NCBI GenBank assembly: GCA_001793945.1
Contig: MGIW01000006.1
Location: 1,584 to 65,583, forward strand
Source of the DNA: Candidatus Wolfebacteria bacterium RIFOXYD12_FULL_48_21
Lineage (GTDB): Bacteria; Patescibacteriota; Minisyncoccia; UBA6257; UBA9933
Reading direction: 5' to 3'
DNA: 64,000 nt
The notes under the pieces are model-generated. The model was not told the DNA's origin and ran no database searches. It saw only the letters and a program-made list of their open reading frames with translations. This document shows, piece by piece, positions 8,039 through 18,690 of this stretch. The stretch's first letter is position 1; each line of letters starts with the position of its first letter. The position numbers and the translations under genes were made by a program.

Positions 8039-9508
8039 ATGGATATTGACAAGCAGGCGGGGAAAAACTTTGCATGGCTCTCGACCGCACAGGTTGGCAT
8101 ACGCATTTTGGGCGCGGCGTTTTTCTTTTTTCTGTCGTACATATTGAAAGATACCGGGCTGGGCCAGTACAGCTTCGTTGCTTCGTTGGTTCCGTTTTGG
8201 TTTATTTTGGTTGATTTTGGTGCTAGTGGATATTTGTATCGCGAGTGGACTCGTGGGAAGGATGATCTAAAAACGATGGATCGTGATTTTAATATTTTGT
8301 TCACAACGCGGCTTATTATTATTTCGGCCGTGTTCATTCCGTTCGTCGCAATCAACTATGTTTCCAATCGGGATATATTGAGCTCGTTGATCCTGCTGTT
8401 CATTGCGCTGTTCATATCCCAAATGGTCGGGCTTTACGACTTGTATCTGCAATCGGCTAACCGGTTTAATGTCGTCGCCATCCGACAGGTCATAGAAAAG
8501 CTTGTGGTCACTGCTGTTGCCACCGTGGGACTGTTGTTATTGCCAAAGGTCTATGTCGTCTTTTTTGCCATTTTGGTAAGTTACATCGGCGCACTTTTGT
8601 ATTATCGGTATCGCGCCAACTTGCCATTCAGGTTTCACCTTGTATTTGATTGGGCGCGTTCCAAAGAACTGTTTCGCAAAGGAATGCCGTTTGTTTTTTT
8701 GGGCATGTTCGCCGCCATTTATGGACGCATCGACATGATCATGCTCCGGTACTTCAGTGGATTTGAAGCGGTCGGCTGGTATAGTGTTGCGTACAAGTTT
8801 TTGGATATCTCGTTTGTGTTCCCGTCGCTTTTTCTCGCCTCTATATTTCCTTTGCTTTCTTCCCTGTATGCGCGGGAAGGATCGGCCGGGCAATTTGCCA
8901 AACTGTTCGAAAAAAGTTTTCGCGTACTGTTCTCGTTTGGTGTTCTTGTGGCCGTATTTTTTATGTTTTTTGCGCCGCGCGTCATCGATCTGTTCTTTAT
9001 TGATTCGTTCGCCCCGGCGGCTCCGGCGCTGCGCATATTGATGGTAGGGCAAATGTTCGCATTTTTGAGCCTGTTGTTCAGTAATCTACTCATCGTTCAG
9101 CGAAAGGAATATAAGGGTCTGTATGTCGTCATGGCGTGCGCGTTGCTTAATATCGCGCTCAACATTTTGTTGATTCCAAAGTTTTCGCTCTATGGCGCCG
9201 CATGGGCAACGGTCGCGGCCGAGCTGGTTAATCTTGCCATATTGCAACACTATGCCGAATGGAAGACCACTCGCAATACGCTTATGACGATGTTTGCCGT
9301 GAGCGCGGGCAATTTGGCGTTGTTTGCAATATTTCACATAGCCGGCCTATTGGATGTGCTGTGGTTGGGCATTGTGGCATTGCTCTGTAACTTTGCTTTG
9401 TTGTTTGCAGTACGCTTGGTAAATAAGAATGATATACTCCTGTTTCTTGATCCGTTCGTCATGAAATTCAAAAGCCTACTGCGAAGTAATCAAGTTGATA
9501 CCGTATGA
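8039..9508 (+). CDS. polysaccharide biosynthesis protein / oligosaccharide flippase (Wzx-like, MOP superfamily)
   Basis: 489 aa, 12-14 predicted TM helices, polysacc_synt-like organisation. Confidence 0.6.
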   Translation: MDIDKQAGKNFAWLSTAQVGIRILGAAFFFFLSYILKDTGLGQYSFVASLVPFWFILVDFGASGYLYREWTRGKDDLKTMDRDFNILFTTRLIIISAVFIPFVAINYVSNRDILSSLILLFIALFISQMVGLYDLYLQSANRFNVVAIRQVIEKLVVTAVATVGLLLLPKVYVVFFAILVSYIGALLYYRYRANLPFRFHLVFDWARSKELFRKGMPFVFLGMFAAIYGRIDMIMLRYFSGFEAVGWYSVAYKFLDISFVFPSLFLASIFPLLSSLYAREGSAGQFAKLFEKSFRVLFSFGVLVAVFFMFFAPRVIDLFFIDSFAPAAPALRILMVGQMFAFLSLLFSNLLIVQRKEYKGLYVVMACALLNIALNILLIPKFSLYGAAWATVAAELVNLAILQHYAEWKTTRNTLMTMFAVSAGNLALFAIFHIAGLLDVLWLGIVALLCNFALLFAVRLVNKNDILLFLDPFVMKFKSLLRSNQVDTV

Positions 9509-10437
9509 ACAAGCCAACCCTTACTATCGGCATACCTACTTATAATCACGGTCATTTTTTAAAGGAATGCCTTGCGTGTGTTACTGGCCAGTTCGCCGGT
9601 CAGGGTATTTTTGATCGCGTAGAGATCGTGGTGTCGGACAACGGCAGTATCGACAATACGGCGGATGTTGTCCGGGAATATCAGAAGAGATTTTCAAATA
9701 TCCGATATTCCCGAAATGAAAGAAATTTGGAATTCGACCGGAATGTCGATGCCGTGCTTTCCATGGCGCGCGGGCAATTTTGCTGGACGCTGAGCAGTAA
9801 TGAATATCTGAAACCGGGGAGTATCGCATTTGTTCTTTCGGCGATCGAGCAGAATCGCGACGCGGCATTTTTATGCATATCGAATCGGCGAGAGGATATT
9901 GGGAAATCGGAGCTTCGGCGGTTCGCCAACGGAAGCCAATGGTTGAAGGATATGGGGCTGTTTGGCGGACAAATCTCCCAATGCGTATTCAATATGGAAT
10001 ATTTGCCGAGCGAGCGGGCAAAATATTACGATAATTTCTGGATCCATCTTTCGCTTTTTTGGGAAGCAGCTATTCGCCATCCGGTTGTGTTGCTGCCGTG
10101 CCTGTTTGCGCTGCCAGATGTCGTTCCGGTCTGCAAGTGGGCATGGGATCGGGGCGGTGGGCAGAATCTGATGACATATGTGTATCTTAAAAAGAATGTG
10201 GAAGGCCTTCTTCGGCTCGGTTATACTTATGAGGTAGTAGATCCTATTGTGAGCGGGTTGGCGAAAGGATTGCCTCGTATGGTCGCGTCGGCAAGATTAT
10301 GCGGATTGCCGATCGAGTGGAACAGATTTTTTCTACTGGTAAGGGAATTTTACCGCTATCCTCTGTACCTACTTGCTTCACTCGTGATTTTCGTTGTTCC
10401 CGTTATGGCGTTGCGAATGGTAAAAAAATATAGTTGA
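9505..10437 (+). CDS. glycosyltransferase family 2
   Basis: N-terminal LTIGIPTYNHGHFLKECLACV GT-A signature; start overlaps upstream stop (ATGA). Confidence 0.7.
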   Translation: MNKPTLTIGIPTYNHGHFLKECLACVTGQFAGQGIFDRVEIVVSDNGSIDNTADVVREYQKRFSNIRYSRNERNLEFDRNVDAVLSMARGQFCWTLSSNEYLKPGSIAFVLSAIEQNRDAAFLCISNRREDIGKSELRRFANGSQWLKDMGLFGGQISQCVFNMEYLPSERAKYYDNFWIHLSLFWEAAIRHPVVLLPCLFALPDVVPVCKWAWDRGGGQNLMTYVYLKKNVEGLLRLGYTYEVVDPIVSGLAKGLPRMVASARLCGLPIEWNRFFLLVREFYRYPLYLLASLVIFVVPVMALRMVKKYS

Positions 10438-10438
10438 T

Positions 10439-11488
10439 ATGCATATTGATACCAATAAAAAAATAGTCGTGTTCGATGCGGGTATTCCCCAGCTTTTAGA
10501 CAATAAGGTCTTTGACCCCGTTGCGGCAAAGGCCATAAGCCATACGATATTGCCTGCCTGTTATTTGTATCAAGAAGCGCTTAAGCGGGGCATACAGCTG
10601 GTGACGCCGGATATCTATTTTGCCTTGCCGAACAAGCCCGCGCATGCGCCGTTGATCAGTAATTTGACGAGCGAATATACGCAGCGGCTCATCGATGCGG
10701 GCGTCGAACCGACCCTTCTTGCCTGTGGCGAATCGCCGTTCATCGCTACGCGATTTTATGTCGGTTTGAAACGCATTAGTGCGGCATTTGTGCATTCGTT
10801 TGTGTTTAAGGGGATGAAGAAGCGGCTGAGTAAAAAGACGATTTATCATCAAATGTTTTTTCCACAATCATTTGAAGTGGCTTCTTTTGCGCCGGTTCCG
10901 TTCGGACAAAAAAAGTTCATCACGATGATCAGCGGCAACAAGCGTGTCGATAATTGGAAAAAGAACATCGTACTCAAGTTGCTGTACGGATTCGGGGTGA
11001 CAGAAATCTATGGAAAACGACTGTCGGTCATTGATCATTTTTCGGGCAAGGGGTTCGACTTGTATGGATTTGGATGGGATGCGAGCACGCGGCTGAGCGT
11101 CGTTGCGGCATATCGGGGGACGGTGGAAGATAAAGGTGAAACATTGGCACGATACAAGTTTGCTTTTTGTCTTGAAAACTCTATTTTCGAGGGAAATGTG
11201 ACCGAGAAGATATTTGATGCCTTATTTGCCGCCTGTGTGCCCGTGTATTTGGGCGCACCGGACATTGCCGACTATGTTCCCAAAGATGCATTCATCGACA
11301 TGCGTGATTTTGCTTCGTATGATGCGCTGGAAACATTTTTGCGAGCCATGGATGGAAAAACATACAGCGGATACATCGAGCGCATACAAGCATTTTTACG
11401 GTCGGATCAGTACAAACGCTTTTCTCAGGAACAATATGCAAACGATGTACTTTCTATTCTTGAAGAATCATTCAACAACCATGCCTAA
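10439..11488 (+). CDS. alpha-1,3-fucosyltransferase-like glycosyltransferase (GT10)
   Basis: C-terminal motif YKFAFCLENSIFEGNVTEKIFDAL matches GT10 FucT motif (..CFENS..YVTEK..). Confidence 0.6.
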   Translation: MHIDTNKKIVVFDAGIPQLLDNKVFDPVAAKAISHTILPACYLYQEALKRGIQLVTPDIYFALPNKPAHAPLISNLTSEYTQRLIDAGVEPTLLACGESPFIATRFYVGLKRISAAFVHSFVFKGMKKRLSKKTIYHQMFFPQSFEVASFAPVPFGQKKFITMISGNKRVDNWKKNIVLKLLYGFGVTEIYGKRLSVIDHFSGKGFDLYGFGWDASTRLSVVAAYRGTVEDKGETLARYKFAFCLENSIFEGNVTEKIFDALFAACVPVYLGAPDIADYVPKDAFIDMRDFASYDALETFLRAMDGKTYSGYIERIQAFLRSDQYKRFSQEQYANDVLSILEESFNNHA

Positions 11489-12413
11489 AGTAACCGTCGC
11501 CATACCTACCTATAATAGAAGGGAGCATTTGCGGGAGGCCATTAAGAGTGTACTTGCGCAGACCTTTCAGGATTTTGTCATCATCGTGTTTGATAACCAT
11601 AGCGATTATGATGTCCGTGCGTTTTTGGACGAATTTAATGATAGTCGAATATCGGCAATCGTTGCACCCGTAAACGAAGGTAACTATAATCACATCTTTA
11701 TGCATGGGTTTGATTCTGAGTATGCCATTTTATTTCATGATGACGATGTGATGCATCCCGAATTGTTGGCGCGCGAGGTTGCCGTACTTGATGCGCACAC
11801 GGAGCTGGTATGGGTCGGGACCGATCTGCAATTCGTTCGAAGCGATGCACGCATGCATGACTTTGTGCCCGTTAAGAGCGACATCATTTTTACGCACGAT
11901 GCGGCAGGCATTGTACGGCTTATCCTGCAAGGCTTTAATTTATGTTATGATTCGGTCATGTATCGGACTGTTCATCTCGATGATGCCGCTCCACTTACCA
12001 ATCAATATTCCAAATGGGGCGATCGGCCGTATCTTGTCAGTTTGTTGCATGGCGGGAAGGCGGGCATCATAAAGGAAAGGCTGGTAAACTATCGCATCCA
12101 CCCCGGGCAGGATTCGCAGGCTGCGGCGCCCGACTCCGCGCAATATGCCATCAACCTTTTGTTGTTCTATAAAAAATGTTTGCATAATTTGCAAATAGCA
12201 TCGGACAGGCGATTGTTTTATAGGCATGTCGTCGACAGTCTTATCCCCGCGACGATCGTTTCTTCGCGTACCATCGCGGAGTTCAAGCAATTTCTTTTAC
12301 CGTATCGTCGTGTTGGCCTTGTGCGATTGCGTTACATTACCCCGAAAGGAGTATTTCGATCGTTGCGTGCCTTAGTGCGAACTATACAGAAAAAATTACC
12401 ATGGAAAAATTGA
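11481..12413 (+). CDS. glycosyltransferase family 2 (start at in-frame Met 11481 overlapping upstream stop by 8 nt; ORF track start 11214 overlaps previous gene)
   Basis: MPKVTVAIPTYNRREHLREAIKSVLAQTFQDFVIIVFDN GT2 signature. Confidence 0.7.
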   Translation: MPKVTVAIPTYNRREHLREAIKSVLAQTFQDFVIIVFDNHSDYDVRAFLDEFNDSRISAIVAPVNEGNYNHIFMHGFDSEYAILFHDDDVMHPELLAREVAVLDAHTELVWVGTDLQFVRSDARMHDFVPVKSDIIFTHDAAGIVRLILQGFNLCYDSVMYRTVHLDDAAPLTNQYSKWGDRPYLVSLLHGGKAGIIKERLVNYRIHPGQDSQAAAPDSAQYAINLLLFYKKCLHNLQIASDRRLFYRHVVDSLIPATIVSSRTIAEFKQFLLPYRRVGLVRLRYITPKGVFRSLRALVRTIQKKLPWKN

Positions 12414-13384
12414 CCATTTTGACCCGCCGTGTTTCCCTTGCATATGCATTGCTAAAAAAGGCAAGGAATATGTTGCGGTTTTTGCGCGCATTCGCAAAAG
12501 GCGGCATTATCGATTTTGATTATATTCGGTATGGCGGACATGTTGCCGTTACTCGAAGTTTGGTCCATGGGTTACGGGAGCTCGGCACGAGTTTTAATTA
12601 TAACCCTGTTTCGGTATCTGCCATCGGCGATGTGGTCGTCGTGTTAAGCGGTGTCGGTGCGGTACGGCAGGCCATCGAACTAAAAAAACAGGGAAAGATA
12701 AAGAAGCTGTTCGTGGGGCCCAATGTCGTTGAGATGTCTACCGAGTATGACAATCTTCTTGCGGCGCCTGAGATCGACGCCTGTCTTGTTCCATCCGACA
12801 TGACCGTCGCGATCTATGAGCGGCTTACGCCCGCGCTTCGTGGCCGATGTGTGTCGTGGTATGCGGGGGTCGGCGAGAAATATTGGAGTCCACTTGAGCA
12901 TGTATCGATCGCAAAAAATGTCGCGGTCTATTGGAAAAATGCTCCCAAGCCGTTTTGCATGGAAGTGGAGCGGTTGTTGACCGTGCATGGATACACCCCT
13001 TTGCGGATTGTGTATGGGCGATATAATAAAAAAGAGTTCAGGCGCAAGTTGCGCATGAGCGCCTTTTCCGTTTTTTTAAGCATTACGGAAACACAGGGAA
13101 TAGCCCTTGCCGAATCGTGGGCGGTAAATGTGCCGACGCTTGTGTGGGACCCGCAGATCGAGCATTATTATATACGCGGGTTGCAGACCACGGCGGCGCC
13201 GTATCTGACCGATGCAACGGGACTGCGGTGGAAGGAGTTGGGCGAGTTTGAAGCCGCCATAAAAAACTTTTCCGCAGACGGTTTTCAACCGCGAGCGTGG
13301 GTCATGGAGCATATGACCGATCGGGTATCAGCGGAACAACTCGTGCAATTGTGCAAAGCCACACCTGATACAAAAACATTATGA
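12401..13384 (+). CDS. glycosyltransferase, GT-B fold (GT1/GT4-like)
   Basis: C-terminal FSVFLSITETQGIALAESWAVNVPTLV resembles GT4 E-x7-E region; weak. Confidence 0.4.
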   Translation: MEKLTILTRRVSLAYALLKKARNMLRFLRAFAKGGIIDFDYIRYGGHVAVTRSLVHGLRELGTSFNYNPVSVSAIGDVVVVLSGVGAVRQAIELKKQGKIKKLFVGPNVVEMSTEYDNLLAAPEIDACLVPSDMTVAIYERLTPALRGRCVSWYAGVGEKYWSPLEHVSIAKNVAVYWKNAPKPFCMEVERLLTVHGYTPLRIVYGRYNKKEFRRKLRMSAFSVFLSITETQGIALAESWAVNVPTLVWDPQIEHYYIRGLQTTAAPYLTDATGLRWKELGEFEAAIKNFSADGFQPRAWVMEHMTDRVSAEQLVQLCKATPDTKTL

Positions 13385-14139
13385 TTAAACATCTCATTAA
13401 AAAAGCAATTCCCAAAAAACTGTTACCCAAGGTAAAGGCGATCAATTTTATTTTGCGCAATAAGGTGACTTACGCGCAGGATTGTTTGTATACGACCGTC
13501 AATGCCGATTTTATGAACGATGCGCGGTTTGCAAACGCGTACGCGAAAGGGCGCGCGCTCATGCTCGAGTCGTGGGGCGATTATCAATTCCATTGGCGTG
13601 CATATGTTGCGTGCTGGGCTGCTCAAAAGGCGAGCGGTATTGAAGGCGACTTTGTTGAGTGCGGCGTGAATACGGGCATGCTTGATAGGATGATCATCGA
13701 TTATGTTGATTTTGCGCACTTGCCTAAAAAGTTCTACCTTATGGATACATTTCAAGGCATGGACGAGGCGTACAGCACCGAGGCAGAAATGAAACGATCC
13801 CATACCATGGGATATGTCGATGTGTACGAGCAGGTGAAGAAAACATTCAAGGAGTTTCCGAATGTCGAATTGGTCAAGGGGCCTATTCCTGACACCTTGC
13901 CGCTGGTCCCGTCTAAGGCAATCGCGTATTTGTCGATCGACATGAATTGCGTCGCGCCCGAAGTCGCCGCACTGGAATATTTTTGGGACAGGATCGTTTC
14001 GGGCGGTGTTGTTTTGTTCGATGACTACGGCTTCCCGGGGCATGAACAACAAAAGACTGCCCATGATGCATTTGCCGCGAAAAAAGGAGTATCTATTTTG
14101 CCGCTTCCTACGGGGCAGGGGCTCATTATTAAACCTTGA
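13381..14139 (+). CDS. TylF/MycF-family sugar O-methyltransferase (class I SAM-dependent)
   Basis: 252 aa; GDFVECGVNTGM and VVLFDDYGFPGHEQQKTAHDAF motifs typical of macrocin-O-methyltransferase family. Confidence 0.65.
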   Translation: MIKHLIKKAIPKKLLPKVKAINFILRNKVTYAQDCLYTTVNADFMNDARFANAYAKGRALMLESWGDYQFHWRAYVACWAAQKASGIEGDFVECGVNTGMLDRMIIDYVDFAHLPKKFYLMDTFQGMDEAYSTEAEMKRSHTMGYVDVYEQVKKTFKEFPNVELVKGPIPDTLPLVPSKAIAYLSIDMNCVAPEVAALEYFWDRIVSGGVVLFDDYGFPGHEQQKTAHDAFAAKKGVSILPLPTGQGLIIKP

Positions 14140-14142
14140 TTC

Positions 14143-15066
14143 ATGCCATTGGTTTCCATCATCATTCCCACTTATAACAGTGCACGATTTCTCTCGCGAA
14201 CCATCGAGAGCGTGTTGGCGCAGACCTATCGGAACTTTGAATTGATCATCGTCGATGATGTTTCTACCGATGATACCGTTTCGATCATTCGCTCGTTCGC
14301 GGAAAAGGATTCGCGCATACGCTCTATTGTTTCGGATACCAATTCCGGCGGCCCTGCCCGGCCGACTAATAAAGGACTTGTCGTTGCGAAAGGGGACTTT
14401 GTCGCATTTCTGGATCATGACGATGAATGGTTGCCCGAAAAGCTGCAAGAGCAGGTTTCATTTTTACAGTCTGCATCAAAGGATGTCGGCGCCGTAGTTT
14501 GCGATGTCGATCTGTTGACGCCGGATGGTGCGCGCCGTCCCATGCATGTATTTCCCGATTATCCGACCAAAGAGAGTTTTCTTACCGCAGTCTTATGCGC
14601 GAAATTCTTTTTTATGTTTTCTGACCTGTGTATGCGCAGGGAAACACTGGATGCCGTAGGCTTGCTTGATGAACGCTATGTGCTGGGCGCGGATCATGAC
14701 TATTATGTTCGCATTGCGCAGGTTTGTTTGATCGGCGTGGTGCATAAGCCGTTGATCCGTTATGCCGTGCATCCGCAAAATCTTTCGCGCGGGTCGCTTT
14801 CTTTAACCAATGCCATAGCCGATCTGGAGCTGTCGCTTGATACGCATGCGGAGCTGTTTGCTCGATACCCTCGGTGTTATCGGCGCAGAGTGGTACAATT
14901 AGGTAGTGCGTTAATAGCCGTCGGAAATATGAAGCAGGCACGCAGCGCATTGCGTACTGCATTTTTCCTGAATCCGCTGGCGCTTGATGTTCCATTTTAT
15001 TTGCTCCTTTCTTTTTTGGGTAAGCGAATACATCGCGCATTGAAGACAATAAAAAATACGGTTTGA
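14143..15066 (+). CDS. glycosyltransferase family 2
   Basis: VSIIIPTYNSARFLSRTIESVLAQTYRNFELIIVDDVSTDDT. Confidence 0.75.
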   Translation: MPLVSIIIPTYNSARFLSRTIESVLAQTYRNFELIIVDDVSTDDTVSIIRSFAEKDSRIRSIVSDTNSGGPARPTNKGLVVAKGDFVAFLDHDDEWLPEKLQEQVSFLQSASKDVGAVVCDVDLLTPDGARRPMHVFPDYPTKESFLTAVLCAKFFFMFSDLCMRRETLDAVGLLDERYVLGADHDYYVRIAQVCLIGVVHKPLIRYAVHPQNLSRGSLSLTNAIADLELSLDTHAELFARYPRCYRRRVVQLGSALIAVGNMKQARSALRTAFFLNPLALDVPFYLLLSFLGKRIHRALKTIKNTV

Positions 15067-15070
15067 AACC

Positions 15071-15808
15071 ATGCTTAAAGCGATCGTCAAAAAAACAAAA
15101 AAAATTGCATTGCTTCCGCTTATTATTGGGGATTATTTTGCATTCAAAAAAGCAGCCGGCCGTAACGGGCGCTTTACCGTAAATCTTGGCGATGCTTATC
15201 CGTGTCCTTTTGACAAGACCATGTTGACCGGGTTTGATCGGCATTATGTGTATCATACCGCTTGGGCGGCGCGGAAGGTTGCGTACATAAAGCCGGAGGT
15301 CCATACGGATATATCTTCGAGTCTGTATTTTTCTTCCATCGTTTCGGCTTTTGTGCCGGTAACATTTTATGATTATCGGCCGGCCGATCTTCAGTTGAGC
15401 GGCTTGCTTAGTGAAAAGGCAGATCTGCTTGCATTGCCGTTTGCAGACAATAGTGTTGCGTCGCTTTCATGCATGCATACCGTGGAGCATGTGGGGCTGG
15501 GGCGCTATGGCGACCCTATCGACCTAGATGGCGACCTGAAGGCAATCAAGGAGTTGCAGCGGGTGCTTGCGCCGGGCGGATCGCTGTTGTTCGTAGTACC
15601 GATAGGCAAGGCAAAGATCCAATTTAATGCGCATCGCATCTATTCCTACGCCATGATCATGGAATATTTTAATGATCTTGAGTTGAGGGAGTTTTCGCTT
15701 ATTCCCGAAACAAGCGGCTCCATGATCGTCAATGCAACAAGAGAGCAGGCGGACGAGGAGGCATATGGATGTGGATGCTTTTGGTTTGTGAAGAAAGGGA
15801 ATGGGTAA
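15071..15808 (+). CDS. putative SAM-dependent methyltransferase (Methyltransf_11/DUF268-like); stop codon lies inside AT-rich boundary element
   Basis: LQRVLAPGGSLLFVVPIG motif II-like; weak overall. Confidence 0.4.
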   Translation: MLKAIVKKTKKIALLPLIIGDYFAFKKAAGRNGRFTVNLGDAYPCPFDKTMLTGFDRHYVYHTAWAARKVAYIKPEVHTDISSSLYFSSIVSAFVPVTFYDYRPADLQLSGLLSEKADLLALPFADNSVASLSCMHTVEHVGLGRYGDPIDLDGDLKAIKELQRVLAPGGSLLFVVPIGKAKIQFNAHRIYSYAMIMEYFNDLELREFSLIPETSGSMIVNATREQADEEAYGCGCFWFVKKGNG

Positions 15809-15852
15809 TTTGAAATTTAGAATTTTAAATTTTAAATTTATAATTTTATATA
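15803..15852. repeat. AT-rich boundary element (gggtaatttgaaatttagaattttaaattttaaatttataattttatat)
   Basis: same family as 7331/7717. Confidence 0.75.
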
Positions 15853-16718
15853 TGATCATCATCAAATTAAAAGGAGGGTTGGGGAATCAGATGTTCCAGT
15901 ATGCGTGCGCGAAGCATTTGGCCGAGCGTAATGGTGATGTATTGAAATTGGACATCAGCCTTTACCAACCGGGCAATGCTCCCGCGGGCGATACCGCGCG
16001 TTCGTATGCCTTGGGCGCGTTTTCCATTTCCGCACAGGTGGCGAGCAAAGAAGAGGTCCGGCGGGTCAGGGGGCTACTGTGGCACATTATGGCATTAGCC
16101 ATGAAGGTCATTAACAGGGTGCGGCCGATATCCAGTTACATGTTTGACCCGCAGGTATTAGAACGCAGAGGCAATGTGTATCTGGATGGATATTTTCAAA
16201 GCGAGCGATATTTTAAGGATATAAAAGCTTGCATCAGAAATGAATTCCGATTGCGTGAACCTATGGGTGAGCAGGCGCAGGCCATGTTGCGCGACATCGA
16301 CGGATCGGATTCCGTTTCCCTGCATATACGGCGAGGCGATTATGTGACAAATAAAAACGCCAATGCGTTTCATGGGACCTGCCCGCCCGAATATTATCAT
16401 GCGGCTATCAAGGAAATAGGTAAGCATGTACATTCGCCGAAGTTCTTCATATTTTCTGATGACATCGAATGGGCAAAAGCGGATGTCGGCATGCCGGCTC
16501 ATGCTACCTATGTGTCCCGCGATGGCATAGCAGATTATGAGGAGCTTTTATTGATGAGCAAGTGCAAGCACAACATCATCGCGAACAGCAGTTTTAGCTG
16601 GTGGGGTGCGTGGCTCAATGCAAACTCGAACAAGATCGTTGTTGCGCCGAAGCGGTGGATAAACGACGAGCGTGTCGATACGAGTGATGCGGTGCCTGTG
16701 GAATGGGTTAGTATGTGA
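15852..16718 (+). CDS. alpha-1,2-fucosyltransferase (GT11); start moved from 15801 (which reads through the AT-rich repeat) to Met 15852
   Basis: IIKLKGGLGNQMFQYACAKHLA = canonical GT11 N-terminal motif (FutC-like). Confidence 0.75.
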   Translation: MIIIKLKGGLGNQMFQYACAKHLAERNGDVLKLDISLYQPGNAPAGDTARSYALGAFSISAQVASKEEVRRVRGLLWHIMALAMKVINRVRPISSYMFDPQVLERRGNVYLDGYFQSERYFKDIKACIRNEFRLREPMGEQAQAMLRDIDGSDSVSLHIRRGDYVTNKNANAFHGTCPPEYYHAAIKEIGKHVHSPKFFIFSDDIEWAKADVGMPAHATYVSRDGIADYEELLLMSKCKHNIIANSSFSWWGAWLNANSNKIVVAPKRWINDERVDTSDAVPVEWVSM

Positions 16719-16734
16719 TTAAAAATCCCGGTCG

Positions 16735-17454
16735 TCAGATCGGGATTTTTAACCATATGCGCATGAATGCAAGAATGCGGATGATAATCGTTTTGCGTAT
16801 CATAGGTCCCCAATGCTTTTGCGTGACTGACCCTTCCGTAATGCGGTATTTAAAAAGATACTCGGGCAGGTTTGCGGTGTTGAATGTTGCGACTATGCGT
16901 GTCCAAAGCTCGTAGTCTTCTGCATGTTTGTATTCTTGCCGATAGCGACCGACTTTTTCGATTGCTTGTTTTGTGAACATCACGCTTGGGTGAATAAAAG
17001 GATTATGTCGCAGCATCGCGCGCTTTATTTCCGCATGTGTTGTCGAGGGATAGTCGTATGCGCCTGTTTCTTCCCCTGTATCGCTTATCGTCTTCGCCCA
17101 TGTGCCGCACAGGGCAATATCGGGGTGTCCTCTTAAAAAGGTAACCTGCTTTTCGAGGCGTACGGGCTCAGACATATCATCAGCGTCCATGCGGGCGATG
17201 TAGGTTCCTTGGGCGATTTTCAGCCCTGTGTTAAGTGCGCCAATGATTCCCGTATTGGATTGCGAGACCATATGAATACGCGGATCCGTAAAACTTTTTA
17301 TAATTTCTGCCGATCTATCCGATGATCCATCATTTATAATAATGAATTCAAAATCGGTAAATGTTTGATGGAGGATGCTCTCGATCGCTTCTTTTACAAA
17401 TCGCTCCGCGTTATATACCGGCATTATGACGCTTATGAGTGGCGTTTTATTCAT
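16735..17454 (-). CDS. glycosyltransferase family 2
   Basis: LISVIMPVYNAERFVKEAIESILHQTFTDFEFIIINDGSSDRS. Confidence 0.75.
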   Translation of the reverse strand: MNKTPLISVIMPVYNAERFVKEAIESILHQTFTDFEFIIINDGSSDRSAEIIKSFTDPRIHMVSQSNTGIIGALNTGLKIAQGTYIARMDADDMSEPVRLEKQVTFLRGHPDIALCGTWAKTISDTGEETGAYDYPSTTHAEIKRAMLRHNPFIHPSVMFTKQAIEKVGRYRQEYKHAEDYELWTRIVATFNTANLPEYLFKYRITEGSVTQKHWGPMIRKTIIIRILAFMRIWLKIPI

Positions 17455-18565
17455 ATATTTTTTCGTATTGCCTTACCATCGCTTCTCCTTCGAATTGGGC
17501 GCGGTGGTTTTTTTGTGCTTCGGAATATGTGCTGTCTTTTTGCGAATGAATCGTCTTTACCTTTATGATAAAATCTTCGACATCGTCGAGCTTATAGGTT
17601 TGTGCCGGATCACCGAGCAGTTCCGGTGTGCCGCCGACGCGGGAGGCTAAAATCGGCACTTCGGCAAACATTGCTTCTATGAGCGTTATCGACATACCTT
17701 CGTATTCGGAGGGAAGCGCAAATAGGTCAAATGCTTTGATGTATTGATATGCGTCAACCAGCTCGCCCACAAAAAATACATTGTTTGACAATTTTCTGAG
17801 CCCGATCATGCGCTCGTATTTTTCCCGCTCCGGTCCTTCGCCGATGACAAGTATGGTCGCGTCGGGGATATCGCGCAGGATATCAGGCAGCGTGTCTATA
17901 AGGAATTCATAATTCTTCGGATAGGCAAGGCGGCCTATGGAACCGATGATGAAACGGTTTGAGATGTCTGTTTTTGTCAGCGTGGAAAGGGAAATGCGGG
18001 CTTCATTGCGAGGCAAAAATCGCAATGCATTTGCGGCGATGCCATTGTGGATCACCGTGCCTTTCGCAAGCAGGCCCACCTTTTTCGCATACTCGAAGTT
18101 TTCTTTGCTTACAAATACGGATTCATCGACAAGCGACAGGAGGAACTTGAACAGAAGTCGATATAAGCCCTTTATGATCTTTGACGCGGAAAAATTTGGG
18201 TCTACTATTGAAAGGCCATGCAGTGTAAAAACGATCTTTGGACGATGGCGCAATAATCGTGTGCCGATGACGCCGAACAGCGCATTTGAACTGTTGAAAT
18301 GCACGACATCAAATGAATGTTGCGCGAGAAATGTCCGCAGCTCCCAGCCAAAAAACAGATTCGTGAGCGGGTTTTTTGTCCGACGCAATGAACTGAATCG
18401 AACAATAGAAATGCCTTCCGGGGCCAGCGTGTCGCGCAGGTAGTCTCCTTCGCCACAGGCAACGGTTATTTTGTGTCCTTGTTTGTGCAATATTTTTGCG
18501 AGCGTTGAAACAAAGACTTGCGCTCCGCCGATTTCCCCTTTGGTTATTACGATGAGAATGTTCAT
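17447..18565 (-). CDS. glycosyltransferase family 4 (GT-B)
   Basis: 372 aa, N-terminal NILIVITKGEIGGAQVFV, C-terminal EGMSITLIEAMFAEVPILASRVGG (E-x7-E region). Confidence 0.7.
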   Translation of the reverse strand: MNILIVITKGEIGGAQVFVSTLAKILHKQGHKITVACGEGDYLRDTLAPEGISIVRFSSLRRTKNPLTNLFFGWELRTFLAQHSFDVVHFNSSNALFGVIGTRLLRHRPKIVFTLHGLSIVDPNFSASKIIKGLYRLLFKFLLSLVDESVFVSKENFEYAKKVGLLAKGTVIHNGIAANALRFLPRNEARISLSTLTKTDISNRFIIGSIGRLAYPKNYEFLIDTLPDILRDIPDATILVIGEGPEREKYERMIGLRKLSNNVFFVGELVDAYQYIKAFDLFALPSEYEGMSITLIEAMFAEVPILASRVGGTPELLGDPAQTYKLDDVEDFIIKVKTIHSQKDSTYSEAQKNHRAQFEGEAMVRQYEKIYE

Positions 18566-18690
18566 GATGTGAGGTTGGAGATGTGAGATTAGAGGTGTGA
18601 GGTTGGAGATGGGAGGTATGAGATGCGAGATGAGAGATGAGAGGTGAGAGATGCGAGGTTAGGGGGTGGAGATATGAGACGGGGGGCGGA
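18566..18690. repeat. GA-rich repeat tract (gtgaggttggagatgtgagattagaggtgtgagg...gagatgcgaggttaggggg)
   Basis: direct reading, lies between two minus-strand genes. Confidence 0.7.
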